Below are positions 16,390 to 25,552 of a DNA stretch of 41,298 nucleotides, piece after piece (position 1 is the stretch's first letter; each line of letters begins with the position of its first letter). Made by a program: the position numbers and the translations under genes. Below the pieces are notes generated by a model that made no database searches, was not told the origin of the DNA, and saw only the letters and a list, made by a program, of their open reading frames with translations. The DNA is from an uncultured Candidatus Saccharibacteria bacterium (GTDB lineage: Bacteria > Patescibacteriota > Minisyncoccia > Phycocordibacterales > WO2-35-19), in the NCBI GenBank assembly GCA_964455485.1, contig CAYVXT010000003.1, positions 1 to 41,298 of the forward strand. Reading direction: 5' to 3'.

Positions 16390-16416
16390 AAAAATTCGCC
16401 AAAAAGGCGAATTTTT
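16390..16416 (+). terminator. rpmG terminator
   Basis: AAAAATTCGCC-AAAAA-GGCGAATTTTT. Confidence 0.7.
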
Positions 16417-16451
16417 GTCCAAAAGTACGAATAGTGTATAATATAACCAAT

Positions 16452-16628
16452 ATGTTTTCCTTTCTCAAAAAAAAGAATACTGACATAAGAAAAGTTGCGG
16501 AAAAGCAACTTAGTGAAAATGTATTAGTTATAAAATCTCTCCGTGATTATGATACAGGTAAAAAGGACATTTCAACCGCTGATATTGAAAGACGTATGTC
16601 AGATATACAAACTGCTTCACGAACATAA
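16452..16628 (+). CDS. Small ORF upstream of and overlapping doc (putative antitoxin)
   Basis: The ATG lies about 10 nt after a TATAAT (16437-16442), so the mRNA may be leaderless. The ORF is 58 aa and its 3' end overlaps the doc ORF by 86 nt in another frame. Confidence 0.4.
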   Translation: MFSFLKKKNTDIRKVAEKQLSENVLVIKSLRDYDTGKKDISTADIERRMSDIQTASRT

Positions 16629-16965
16629 ATTCGTATCATTTGCTCTTAATCTCGAATCCGAATCAAAGATAGATGCTATTATTACCAATATCAATGGTAG
16701 TAATTTTGATGTAGAAAACTATAAGACCATAGAAGAGAAGTCTGTTGCTTATCTATTCTTCATAATCAAAGACCATCCTTTTATCGATGGTAACAAAAGA
16801 ACCTCAGTATTAGTATTTAAAGTTATTTGTGCGCTAAATAATATCTCCCCTGATCCAGAAATCCCATTGGATGCATTGGCTGTATATATTGAGGAACATA
16901 AAGACAAAGATCATCATGTTTTTATTAAAGCTTTGGCAACTTTTCTTTTTGATAAAAAGTCATAA
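16543..16965 (+). CDS. Doc/Fic-family toxin
   Basis: HPFIDGNKRT matches the Doc variant of the Fic motif HxFx(D/N)(A/G)NKR. Confidence 0.8.
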   Translation: MIMIQVKRTFQPLILKDVCQIYKLLHEHKFVSFALNLESESKIDAIITNINGSNFDVENYKTIEEKSVAYLFFIIKDHPFIDGNKRTSVLVFKVICALNNISPDPEIPLDALAVYIEEHKDKDHHVFIKALATFLFDKKS

Positions 16966-16986
16966 ATCGGTTAATATGCCTGAGTT

Positions 16987-17057
16987 GGGTGATTAGTTTA
17001 GTGGTAAAACGACGGTCTCCAAAACTGTAGTCGAGGGTTCGATTCCTTCATCACCCG
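16987..17057 (+). tRNA. tRNA-Trp (anticodon CCA)
   Basis: Acceptor GGGTGAT/ATCACCC plus G, anticodon loop CTCCAAA, T-arm GAGGG-TTCGATT-CCTTC. Confidence 0.85.
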
Positions 17058-17063
17058 CAAAAT

Positions 17064-17996
17064 TTAATTTAAGAACTTTTTGACTTCCTTCTCCAAAATA
17101 TTGATTTTTGGTTCAAACCATTTTATGGATTTGTCCCCGCCTGGATGACTCAATCTGGCAGGCTTCTTAAACCAAGTCATTTGGCGCTTGGCGTAGTGCC
17201 AAATTTCGTTTTGGAGGCAAGTAATCATCTCCTGTTTAGTAATTTTATTTTGAAGAAAGTCGGCGAGGGCAGCGTATTCCAGTCCCAAACTTGTCATACG
17301 TTTGTATGACAATCCATTTTTGTGAAGTTTTTTTGCTTCAGCTATCATTCCTTGTTTTATTCTTTTTTCCAATCTTTTATTAATCCTTCTTTTCAATTCT
17401 TCATCATCAACCTTAATCCCAATCTTCAAAACATCATATTTCATTTCTCCAAGCTCCAAGCTCTTAGCTCCAAGCTTTGGCACGCTTCCTAAAGCGTGAC
17501 AAATTTCAATCGCTCTAACCAACCTTCTTGGATTGTAGCGATCAATCGCTACAGATCGGTCTTTGTCTAGCTTTTGCAGTATTTCAAAAAGTTCTTCTGC
17601 TGTTTTTGTTTCAAGTTCCTTTCTCAGTTTTTCATTTGGGGGTACTTCAGGAATTTGTTTTTCACCGAGTAGTGCGTCTATATAAAACCCAGTGCCTCCA
17701 CAAACAATTGGCAACTTTCCTCTTTTAATTATTTCATCAATTTTCCTTTCTGCCAGAATTTTAAAATCAGAGGCGGTGAATACTTTGCGCGCATTTGCAA
17801 CATCAAGGAGGTGATGAGGCACACCCTTCATTTCTTTTTTTGTTATTTTGCCCGTGCCAATATCAAGCCCTTTGTAAACTTGCCTTGAGTCTGCTGAAAT
17901 GACTTCGCCGTCAAATTTTAAAGCTAGGGCAACCGCCAAGTCGCTCTTGCCACTAGAAGTAGGCCCCAGTATTACAATCAACCTCAATTTTTTCAT
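17064..17996 (-). CDS. miaA: tRNA dimethylallyltransferase
   Basis: P-loop GPTSSGKS, SADSRQVYKGLDIGTGK, and a full-length MiaA-like ORF. Confidence 0.9.
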   Translation of the reverse strand: MKKLRLIVILGPTSSGKSDLAVALALKFDGEVISADSRQVYKGLDIGTGKITKKEMKGVPHHLLDVANARKVFTASDFKILAERKIDEIIKRGKLPIVCGGTGFYIDALLGEKQIPEVPPNEKLRKELETKTAEELFEILQKLDKDRSVAIDRYNPRRLVRAIEICHALGSVPKLGAKSLELGEMKYDVLKIGIKVDDEELKRRINKRLEKRIKQGMIAEAKKLHKNGLSYKRMTSLGLEYAALADFLQNKITKQEMITCLQNEIWHYAKRQMTWFKKPARLSHPGGDKSIKWFEPKINILEKEVKKFLN

Positions 17997-18097
17997 TAGT
18001 TATTCCATTTAAGCTTGTTTATAAGAAAACATATTAAATAATTACTGTCAATTTGCTATTTTTTTAAAATATGATTAAATATTAATGGAAAGGAGTA

Positions 18098-18532
18098 GTG
18101 GTGCAGTCTGATAGAGAATGGCATTTCCAGATCGTCCGTTCTAGCGGGCTATCAGCAGATTACACAAACAACATAACCTCAGCTCTTGATCCTATTCACA
18201 AAAGAGAGTCTTCGTTAAGAGAAGCTACAATGGCAATCAGCGAACGAATTCTGCAACTTCCAGATTACACTGATTATGCTCGCGCTTCAGCACAGTCTTC
18301 CGGTATTCCATCCGACTTCGACGTTTTCGTGAATGATAGTAACAAAGAAGCAGTCGCTCGTATTGACACTCTAGTCGTGGAATTGAAAGCTGAAGTGCAC
18401 AAACCGGTAGCTCAGATTGACCTTGCTTTAGTTTGCAGTAAAGCTGAAGCAATCTATTCTGCCGTGATGGGCAAAGCTGTCACTTTTGGGTTGTTTCGGC
18501 AATCCCTAAACTCGCTTGTTCAAAAGGCCTGA
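18098..18532 (+). CDS. Hypothetical protein (GC-rich two-gene insert)
   Basis: GTG start after AGGAG. The ORF is 144 aa and visibly GC-richer than miaA. Confidence 0.5.
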   Translation: MVQSDREWHFQIVRSSGLSADYTNNITSALDPIHKRESSLREATMAISERILQLPDYTDYARASAQSSGIPSDFDVFVNDSNKEAVARIDTLVVELKAEVHKPVAQIDLALVCSKAEAIYSAVMGKAVTFGLFRQSLNSLVQKA

Positions 18533-18593
18533 TCCAGCAATACCGGATCGGGCTCTTCTCCTGGTTCATCCATGAGGTGGATCGAGTGTCGGT

Positions 18594-18911
18594 ATGGGAG
18601 AAAGTCAAAAACCGACCGACGATTCCTATGTAGAATCGAACGAGAGTTCTTTCGACGATTACTTAGCAATGTGCAAGAGGGCTGCCAAGGACGTCGACTT
18701 CTACCAAAAGGCGTCAATTCAGGCTATTGTCAAAGACATGTTGCGGCGGGTCGAAGAACTGAACGTTCAAATTTTGGCTGGCGAGATCGAGCCCACTCCC
18801 TATCTCAAGCCGATCGAGAAGAGCAATTATTTAGGCAAGACTCTAATCGCCCTAGCCGAAGCCTTCGAAGTCGAATTGCCGGCGTCTACAACAACTCCGG
18901 TCTCGGTATAA
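18594..18911 (+). CDS. Hypothetical acidic protein (GC-rich two-gene insert)
   Basis: 105-aa ORF followed by a GC-rich terminator. Confidence 0.5.
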   Translation: MGESQKPTDDSYVESNESSFDDYLAMCKRAAKDVDFYQKASIQAIVKDMLRRVEELNVQILAGEIEPTPYLKPIEKSNYLGKTLIALAEAFEVELPASTTTPVSV

Positions 18912-18937
18912 ATACTGGAACACCCCGCTCACAAGAG

Positions 18938-18976
18938 CCGCCCACTTTGTGGAACTCTTGCGGGCGGTTTTCTTTT
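18938..18976 (+). terminator. Terminator of the 18.1-18.9 kb insert
   Basis: CCGCCC ... GGGCGG followed by TTTTCTTTTT. Confidence 0.6.
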
Positions 18977-18998
18977 TGTTTACATAATAACAACGATT

Positions 18999-19229
18999 TT
19001 ATTTTTCCCTTACATAAACAAATCGGGGTCCTTTGTAGGGGATTTCGGGTTTGTCTACTTCTTCTAAGAACATTGAAATAGGGCGCACCCACAATTTCCT
19101 TTCTCCGTACAGTGCGCGATAAACAACATACTCTTCTTGTGTTTCTGAATGTAAGGCAACATCTATAACTTCGTATTCATTGCCTTTAAAATGCTTATAA
19201 ATACCTTTTTTGATTTCCATATCAATCAT
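18999..19229 (-). CDS. DUF1653-family protein
   Basis: YKHFKGNEYEV...VVYRALYGERKLWVRPISMF matches the DUF1653 pattern. Confidence 0.75.
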   Translation of the reverse strand: MIDMEIKKGIYKHFKGNEYEVIDVALHSETQEEYVVYRALYGERKLWVRPISMFLEEVDKPEIPYKGPRFVYVREK

Positions 19230-19296
19230 GTTAAATCAAAAACCAATTAAATCAAAATCATTGATTTTAAGGTGTTTTTCATTATAATGAGAAACA

Positions 19297-19367
19297 TGCC
19301 GGAGTGGATAAAAAGCAAACTGCTTTGCTTTTTATCCGAGCGTAGCGAGGTGGCCGACACTCTGGCA
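19297..19367 (+). ncRNA. TEC-F: minimal 71-nt element upstream of tRNA-Leu(CAA)
   Basis: TGCCGGAGTGG copies the tRNA 5' end (the 12-nt repeat 19296-19307 = 19400-19411). It is followed by hairpin AAAAAGCAAA-CTGC-TTTGCTTTTT, then CCGAGCGTAGCGAGGTGGCCGA, then CACTCTGGCA, which is complementary to the 5' copy. Confidence 0.5.
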
Positions 19368-19401
19368 TTATAGTAAAAATACTATAGTATATTTTTACAA
19401 T

Positions 19402-19482
19402 GCCGGAGTGGCGGAATGGTAGACGCGCACGACTCAAAATCGTGTCTCGCAAGGGGTGAGAGTTCAAGTCTCTCCTCCGGCA
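19402..19482 (+). tRNA. tRNA-Leu (anticodon CAA)
   Basis: Acceptor GCCGGAG/CTCCGGC plus A, anticodon loop CTCAAAA, long variable arm, T-arm GAGAG-TTCAAGT-CTCTC. Confidence 0.9.
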
Positions 19483-19568
19483 CAGCATAAACTTTTACAC
19501 CAAACCCACCTTGAAATTTGGGTGTTAGGAGCTATAATTTAGCCACCAGTCTTCATGTGTATACCATT

Positions 19569-20573
19569 ATGAATACCTCAAATTTTTATCAAAATTCAAT
19601 ATTTTGGGTTGAAGTAGACAAAATAAAACCAAACCCATTTCAGCCAAGGCGTGAATTTGACGAAGAAGCTCTTCGAGCTCTATCTGAGTCTATAAAGCAG
19701 TACGGAGTGCTTCAGGCACTTGTGGTAACGAGGAAGGAAGTGGTGAAGGAAGATGGTTTAGGTGTTGAGTATGAACTAATTGCCGGAGAGAGAAGGTTGA
19801 GAGCATCAAAACTAGCAGGACTTCAGCAAGTGCCAGTAATCATACGAACTAACGAAGAAAATAAAGTGCAAGATGATTTGATGAAGCTAGAGCTTGCGAT
19901 CATTGAAAATGTACAAAGAGAAGATTTGAACCCAGTAGAGCGGGCTAAAGCTTTCAAAAAACTTGCTGACCAATTTGGTTTTAAACATCACGAAATTGCT
20001 CAAAAGATAGGTAAAAGCCGTGTTTATGTGACTAACACTATGCGTATTTTGGATTTGCCAGATGAAATGCTAATTGCACTTTCTGAGGGTAAGATAAACG
20101 AAGGTCATACGAGGCCTCTGCTCATGTTGATTGATAGACCAGAAGAGCAAAAAGTACTTTTCCAAGACATTATTTTACGAAGGATGAATGTACGCGATGC
20201 AGAACAGGCTGCTCGAAAGATAGCGATCGAAAGAGTGCGTAAATTTGATGCAGCACTTGATCCAGAAATTTCAGCTCTTGAAGAAAAGTTTTCAGAAACT
20301 CTTGGTACTAAAGTGAGGATTGAAAAGAAAACAGAGAATTTTGGGAAGCTTACTATAGAATTTTTCTCTAATGATGATTTGGAAAGTATTTTGAAGATGA
20401 TCCAAAATCAAAATAGCAAAACCCAAACAATAAATGATGAAAAAGGGGAGATGGTGGATGACAGAACGCCTGAGCAAGTAAAGATCGCAGAAAATACTCC
20501 TATTCCTACTGTTGCAGAAATTGCAAAAGAGCCCGAGGAAGATTTGTATTCCATTCACAACTTCTCAATATAA
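19569..20573 (+). CDS. parB: ParB/Spo0J partition protein
   Basis: Contains PNPFQPRREFDEEAL and LIAGERRLRASKLAG (ParB box) plus an HTH region. Start set at MNTSNFYQ. Confidence 0.9.
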   Translation: MNTSNFYQNSIFWVEVDKIKPNPFQPRREFDEEALRALSESIKQYGVLQALVVTRKEVVKEDGLGVEYELIAGERRLRASKLAGLQQVPVIIRTNEENKVQDDLMKLELAIIENVQREDLNPVERAKAFKKLADQFGFKHHEIAQKIGKSRVYVTNTMRILDLPDEMLIALSEGKINEGHTRPLLMLIDRPEEQKVLFQDIILRRMNVRDAEQAARKIAIERVRKFDAALDPEISALEEKFSETLGTKVRIEKKTENFGKLTIEFFSNDDLESILKMIQNQNSKTQTINDEKGEMVDDRTPEQVKIAENTPIPTVAEIAKEPEEDLYSIHNFSI

Positions 20574-20577
20574 AAAA

Positions 20578-20666
20578 CAAAATGTGAGAAGTACTCTTCA
20601 AAAAGTCCTCGGGTCGCCTGTTGCACGGCTCAACCAGACTTTTTTCATAGCACTTCTCACATTTTG
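20578..20666. terminator. Long imperfect palindrome between convergent parB and rel genes
   Basis: Arms of about 29 nt, AAAATGTGAGAAGTACTCTTCAAAAAGTC and GACTTTTTTCATAGCACTTCTCACATTTT, enclose a GC-rich loop. Confidence 0.6.
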
Positions 20667-20690
20667 CTTTTAGAATAATTAGAAATTAGG

Positions 20691-22088
20691 TCAATTAGAA
20701 TAATTCCTAATATGTTTTTTGGCGAATGTAGTTTTGGCAGAGTCTAACCATTTACGATTGGGTTTGGCGTTTTTACTTGTTATAACTTCAACAATTTCAC
20801 CGCCATTCAAAATGGTTTCAATTGAAGACATTTTACCGTTGATTTTGACGCCTGACATTTTGTTGCCAATGTCGGAATGTATCGAGTAAGCAAAATCGAT
20901 AGCTGAAGACCCAACAGGTAAGTCAACCACGTCACCTTTTGGCGTAAACACGAAAATTCTTTCAGAAAGGAAGTCGTCTTTAATTTCATTTTCGCTATGA
21001 TCGCTCATTGCCTTTATCCAAGACGCGAGGTGTTTTTTACTGATATTTTTATCACCATCAGATTTGTACGAAGCATGTGATGCAACCCCATATTCTGCTT
21101 CTTTGTGCATTTCTTCTGTTCTGATTTGTATTTCCACCAAATTACCGTCGCCCGTGAAAATAGTAGTGTGTAAACTCTGATACCCGTTTTGTTTTGGGAA
21201 GGCGATATAGTCTTTGATGCGTCCTGGTACAGGTTTCCATGCCGAATGTATGATCCCTAAGGCTCTATAACAATCATCAGTCCTTTGAACTGTGATGCGC
21301 ATAGCAAGCACATCAAATATTTTTTCAAAATCTTTTTTAAACTTGATGTATTTTTTGTACAAACTGTACAAACCTTTCACTCTATAATCTGATCTAAAGT
21401 TAGTAAGGTCTGCTTTGCTTAATTCAGTCACTACTGATTTCCTAAATTTTTCTAAACCTTTAGTCTTTTCTTCATACCCAGCTTTTAGTAGTGATTTTAT
21501 TTCATCATAACCATCTTTATTGACGTACGAAAATGCCAAATCCTCTAGTTCTCTTGAGAGCTTCCTGATACCTAAACGATAAGCTATGGGCGCGTAAATT
21601 TCTAAAGTTTCTCTTGCTATACGATCCTGCTTTTCTTTAGGTACATGTTCCAAAGTTCTCATGTTGTGAAGCCTGTCACATAGTTTGACTATAAGGACTC
21701 GAATGTCTTTTGATGTCGCTACTAAAAGTTTCCGAAGTGATTCATTGTGTCGATCTGCACCGTGGTATTTTAAACTACCAAGTTTTGTTACACCTTCTAC
21801 GATAAATCGTACGTCCTTACCAAATTCTTTTTCCAAAATTTCTGGAGTCGTTTTTGTGTCTTCCAGTGTGTCGTGCAAAAAACCGGCCGTTACAGTAGTA
21901 GAGTCCATGCCAAGCTCGGCAATATTTTTGGCAGTTTCAAAGAGATGATTAAAGTAGGGTTCGCCCGAATTTCGCTTTTGGTCTCGGTGGGCATCTTCAG
22001 CAAAGTAGAAAGCCTTTTTTACTAGGTCCTTTTCTTCTTTACTTGAGTTTTTGAGCAGAGAGGTTATTTGTTCTGGGTGGAGTTCCAT
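20691..22088 (-). CDS. Rel/SpoT-family (p)ppGpp synthetase/hydrolase, short form with HD, synthetase and TGS domains
   Basis: HD-domain motifs (HRDQKRNSGEPYFNH, HDTLED), a RelA_SpoT core (YQSLHTT) and a TGS-like C-terminus. Start set at MELHPEQ. Confidence 0.88.
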   Translation of the reverse strand: MELHPEQITSLLKNSSKEEKDLVKKAFYFAEDAHRDQKRNSGEPYFNHLFETAKNIAELGMDSTTVTAGFLHDTLEDTKTTPEILEKEFGKDVRFIVEGVTKLGSLKYHGADRHNESLRKLLVATSKDIRVLIVKLCDRLHNMRTLEHVPKEKQDRIARETLEIYAPIAYRLGIRKLSRELEDLAFSYVNKDGYDEIKSLLKAGYEEKTKGLEKFRKSVVTELSKADLTNFRSDYRVKGLYSLYKKYIKFKKDFEKIFDVLAMRITVQRTDDCYRALGIIHSAWKPVPGRIKDYIAFPKQNGYQSLHTTIFTGDGNLVEIQIRTEEMHKEAEYGVASHASYKSDGDKNISKKHLASWIKAMSDHSENEIKDDFLSERIFVFTPKGDVVDLPVGSSAIDFAYSIHSDIGNKMSGVKINGKMSSIETILNGGEIVEVITSKNAKPNRKWLDSAKTTFAKKHIRNYSN

Positions 22089-22138
22089 ATTTACAAATAT
22101 AGCAAAATATAGCCTACTTGCCACCTACTCCTAATTAT

Positions 22139-24388
22139 TTAATTAGTTTTCTTTTTCCATCCACCTCTTCTGCCAACTTTTTTAGGTTCCTTAAGTATTT
22201 CCAAAGCTCGAGGAAGTTCTATTTTATAAACATCGTCACCATCGGCTGCTTTGAGAGAACGAAAATCTTTTTGGTGCACGATATAAGGCCCAAAGCGCCC
22301 AATGTTTGCGCTTATCATTTCGCCAGTGTCGGGGTGTACTCCGAGCTCTCTTGGTAAACTCAAATATTTGAGAGCATCTGCCACTGTCACTTCGTTTGGA
22401 TTTTTATCTTTTGGTATGCTTGCCCTCCTCGGCTTCACCTTCCTCACTCTTTTTGGTTTTTTCCCATCTTTTATTTCATTTGTGCTTTGCGCTTTTTCAC
22501 TTTCTACCTCTTCAAGTTCTACATATGGCCCAAACCTTCCGTCTTTGACGAAAATCTTTTTGCCGCTTTCAGGGTCGACTCCTATTGCTTCTGCCTCTTT
22601 TATTTCGCTTCCGTCCATGTTGCGCATTCCTTTGCATTCAGGAAATGTTTCGCAACTCAAAAACTTGCCGCCACGCCCTAGCTTTACTATCATGCTAGCT
22701 CCACAAATAGGGCATTTGAGTTTAGGGTCAGCGTCGCCGAGGGTAGTGAGTTTTGCTGTTTTTTCTTTTTCCTTTACATCTTTTATAAATGGTTTATAAA
22801 ATTCTCGCAAAGTTGGTTCGTACTCTCTCTTGCCCTCTGCAATTTGGTCAAGCTCATCTTCCATTTCTGCAGTGAAAGTGTCGCTAATATAATTTTCAAA
22901 ATTGTTTTCCAAAAATGTGGAAACTACATCGCCTGTATCGGTAGGTTTGAGTGTGCGACCATCTTTTTCAACATAACCCCTTTCTACAATAGTGTTTATG
23001 ATTGAAGCGTAAGTTGAAGGGCGACCTATGCCTCTTTTTTCAAGTTCTTTTATGAGCCCCGCTTCGCTATATCTGTTTGGGGGTTCTGTTTGCTTCTCCT
23101 CATTTTTCAAATCAAGTAAAGACAATGGGTCATTTGCCTTAACTTTTGGTAGTAATAAGTCCTCACCTTTTGCTTGAGGGTCTGCGAGGAGCCAGCCATC
23201 ACTCATCACACGCGAGCCGTTGGCGGCAAAGTTTGGGATTTTTTCATCACTGACTCCGGTTGTTATTTTCGTACGCATCATCAAAGCGTCCTTCATTTGG
23301 CTTGCCACTGATCTCTGCCAAATAAGTTTGTACAATCTTTTTTGGTCCTCTGTATGACCAACATTTTCCTTATCAAAATGTGTAGGGCGGATAGCTTCGT
23401 GCGCCTCTTGTGCGTTTTTTGATTTATTTTTGTAAACTCTTGATTGATGTAATTCAGAGCCAAATTTTTTATCAATCACTCCTTTTATTTGTGAGAGAGC
23501 CACAGCAGCCATGTTTAGGCTATCTGTACGCATATAAGTTATGTGTCCCGACTCGTACAACTTTTGAGCTGTCATCATGGTGCGCTTCGGTGAAAAACCT
23601 AGGCGAGTCGAAGCTGCTTGTTGCAAAGTGGAAGTAGTAAAAGGTGGGCGAGGAGCTCTTTTTGCTTCGCTTTCAACTACATCTTTTACTTTCCAATCAC
23701 TACTCTTTACTGCGTTGTAAATTTTTTCTGCCTCTTCTTTTGTTTTTGGTTCTACTTCGCAAAAAGCTGTAAATTTTTCTTTTGAATTAGTTTCAAGATT
23801 GGCACTCAATACAAAAAATGCTTCAGGAATAAAAGCGCGTATTTCTCTTTCGCGTTCCATCAAAATACGCAAAGCAGGGGACTGGACACGTCCCGCTGAA
23901 AGTCCATATCGTACTTTTTTCCAAATAAGTCCTGAAAGATCATAACCCACAAGCCTATCCAAAACCCTTCTTGCTTCCTGAGCTCTTCTCAAATTTTGAT
24001 CAATGTGGCGGGTATGCTCAAGCGCCTCTTCTATAGCTTCTTTGGTAATTTCGTGATAAGTCGCTCTTTTAATGTCCTTTGCGGACATGTCTTTTTTGAG
24101 TATTTCTGCTAAGTGCCATGCAATAGCCTCTCCTTCACGGTCGGGGTCAGTGGCGAGTATTACTTCGCTCGCTTTTTTGGCTAATCTTCTTATATCTTCA
24201 ACGACTCTTTCCTTTCCTTTTGAAATTTCATAATGAGGAATGAAGCCACCCTCAATATCAATAGCTTTTTTGTTTGATTTTGGTAAATCGCGGATATGTC
24301 CAACAGAAGCAACGACTTCATATTCGTCACCCAAATATTTTCCTATTGTTTTTGCCTTTGCTGGCGATTCTACGATTAGTAATTTCAT
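22139..24388 (-). CDS. topA: DNA topoisomerase I
   Basis: Toprim N-terminus (MKLLIVESPAKAKTI), the catalytic region YITYMRTDS, and C-terminal zinc-ribbon Cys motifs. Confidence 0.95.
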   Translation of the reverse strand: MKLLIVESPAKAKTIGKYLGDEYEVVASVGHIRDLPKSNKKAIDIEGGFIPHYEISKGKERVVEDIRRLAKKASEVILATDPDREGEAIAWHLAEILKKDMSAKDIKRATYHEITKEAIEEALEHTRHIDQNLRRAQEARRVLDRLVGYDLSGLIWKKVRYGLSAGRVQSPALRILMEREREIRAFIPEAFFVLSANLETNSKEKFTAFCEVEPKTKEEAEKIYNAVKSSDWKVKDVVESEAKRAPRPPFTTSTLQQAASTRLGFSPKRTMMTAQKLYESGHITYMRTDSLNMAAVALSQIKGVIDKKFGSELHQSRVYKNKSKNAQEAHEAIRPTHFDKENVGHTEDQKRLYKLIWQRSVASQMKDALMMRTKITTGVSDEKIPNFAANGSRVMSDGWLLADPQAKGEDLLLPKVKANDPLSLLDLKNEEKQTEPPNRYSEAGLIKELEKRGIGRPSTYASIINTIVERGYVEKDGRTLKPTDTGDVVSTFLENNFENYISDTFTAEMEDELDQIAEGKREYEPTLREFYKPFIKDVKEKEKTAKLTTLGDADPKLKCPICGASMIVKLGRGGKFLSCETFPECKGMRNMDGSEIKEAEAIGVDPESGKKIFVKDGRFGPYVELEEVESEKAQSTNEIKDGKKPKRVRKVKPRRASIPKDKNPNEVTVADALKYLSLPRELGVHPDTGEMISANIGRFGPYIVHQKDFRSLKAADGDDVYKIELPRALEILKEPKKVGRRGGWKKKTN

Positions 24389-24476
24389 AATGCGACACTA
24401 ATCCACGAATTCACACGAATGACACGAATGGTGGGATTAGAATTATGATAAGAATAAAAGATAAGTGAATAAAAAG

Positions 24477-24534
24477 CAAAAAACCTCTCCCGGACTTCCC
24501 ACCAGGCACAACACGAGCGGGAAGTCCGGGAGAG
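24477..24534 (-). terminator. dprA terminator
   Basis: 15-bp GC-rich stem TCTCCCGGACTTCCC/GGGAAGTCCGGGAGA followed by GGTTTTTTGC on the minus strand. Confidence 0.75.
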
Positions 24535-24535
24535 A

Positions 24536-25426
24536 TTATGAAAGCCTGATTTGGCCGAGGGTTTCCTTGATGAGGCCTTTGAGTTCGAGAAGGGAGAGGA
24601 GGGTTTGAGTCTCGCCAACACCTATTTTGTGAATGCTGTTCATGTGGCGTAAAATTTCATCACGCTCTAAAGGCTCGTTTAGCATTTCTATAATTAACAT
24701 TTCTCTTTCTGAGCAATCAAAATATTTTGCTTCGTCCCGCGAAGCCCCGTCTAAAACGGTAGAATGGGATTCCAAATGCAGTGCTTCCAAAATATCATCA
24801 GCACTCCTTACAGGAGTTGCCCCTAGCTTGATTAGCATGTGTGGTCCAGAGCTTGTGGAATTAAAAATACTTCCTGGAAGTGCTAGCACATCTCTATTAT
24901 ATTCAGTTGCAAGCCGGGCTGTGATGAGTGTTCCGGACTTTTTCTCAGCTTCTATTATAAGAGTAGCGTGCGACATACCCGCCATTATGCGGTTTCGTTG
25001 AGGGAAACTATAATGAGTAGCTTTAAACTCAGGTTTGAACTCATTCATGAGAGTGTTGCCACTTTGTACTATTTCTTCCGCAAGTCTTACATGAGATTGG
25101 GGGTGCAAAACATCTTTTAAAAGTCCTGATCCAGGTACGGCAATAGTAGGTAGACCATATTTAAGTGCCGCTCGGTGAGCGATCGAGTCAATACCAAGGG
25201 CAAGACCGGAAACGATGGTAATAGGGTAGCCACGCAAATTTTCAATAAATGTTTCCACCGCCTCTTTGCCATAGTTTGTATTTTTGCGAGCACCAACTAC
25301 ACAAAGAAGCTTGTTTTTCCAGTCTGGTATTTTACCTGCATAAAAAAGCTCTTTTGGGAGTTGTGGAATCTCTTCTAGTAGTGGAGGCCAGTCTTTTCGG
25401 TCTAGAATGTTGATTGAATATGACAT
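24536..25426 (-). CDS. dprA: DNA processing protein DprA (Smf)
   Basis: Contains SGLALGIDSIAHRAAL and a Rossmann-like DprA core. Start set at MSYSINIL. Confidence 0.88.
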   Translation of the reverse strand: MSYSINILDRKDWPPLLEEIPQLPKELFYAGKIPDWKNKLLCVVGARKNTNYGKEAVETFIENLRGYPITIVSGLALGIDSIAHRAALKYGLPTIAVPGSGLLKDVLHPQSHVRLAEEIVQSGNTLMNEFKPEFKATHYSFPQRNRIMAGMSHATLIIEAEKKSGTLITARLATEYNRDVLALPGSIFNSTSSGPHMLIKLGATPVRSADDILEALHLESHSTVLDGASRDEAKYFDCSEREMLIIEMLNEPLERDEILRHMNSIHKIGVGETQTLLSLLELKGLIKETLGQIRLS

Positions 25427-25552
25427 TTTAATCGTGAATTCACTTTTATTGTAGCATTTGGTATGATTAGTTTGAAAGTAAAAAAGCGCAAAACGCAAGT
25501 TCCAAAACATCCTACTTTTCAACTTTTTACTTTCTAACTTTCAAACTTATTT

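Noticed and set aside
24405-24440. A short run of CACGAAT-like repeats between topA and dprA, considered as a possible CRISPR or iteron.
   Set aside because: There are only three imperfect 7-9 nt copies with no spacer organisation. This is most simply promoter-region low complexity.
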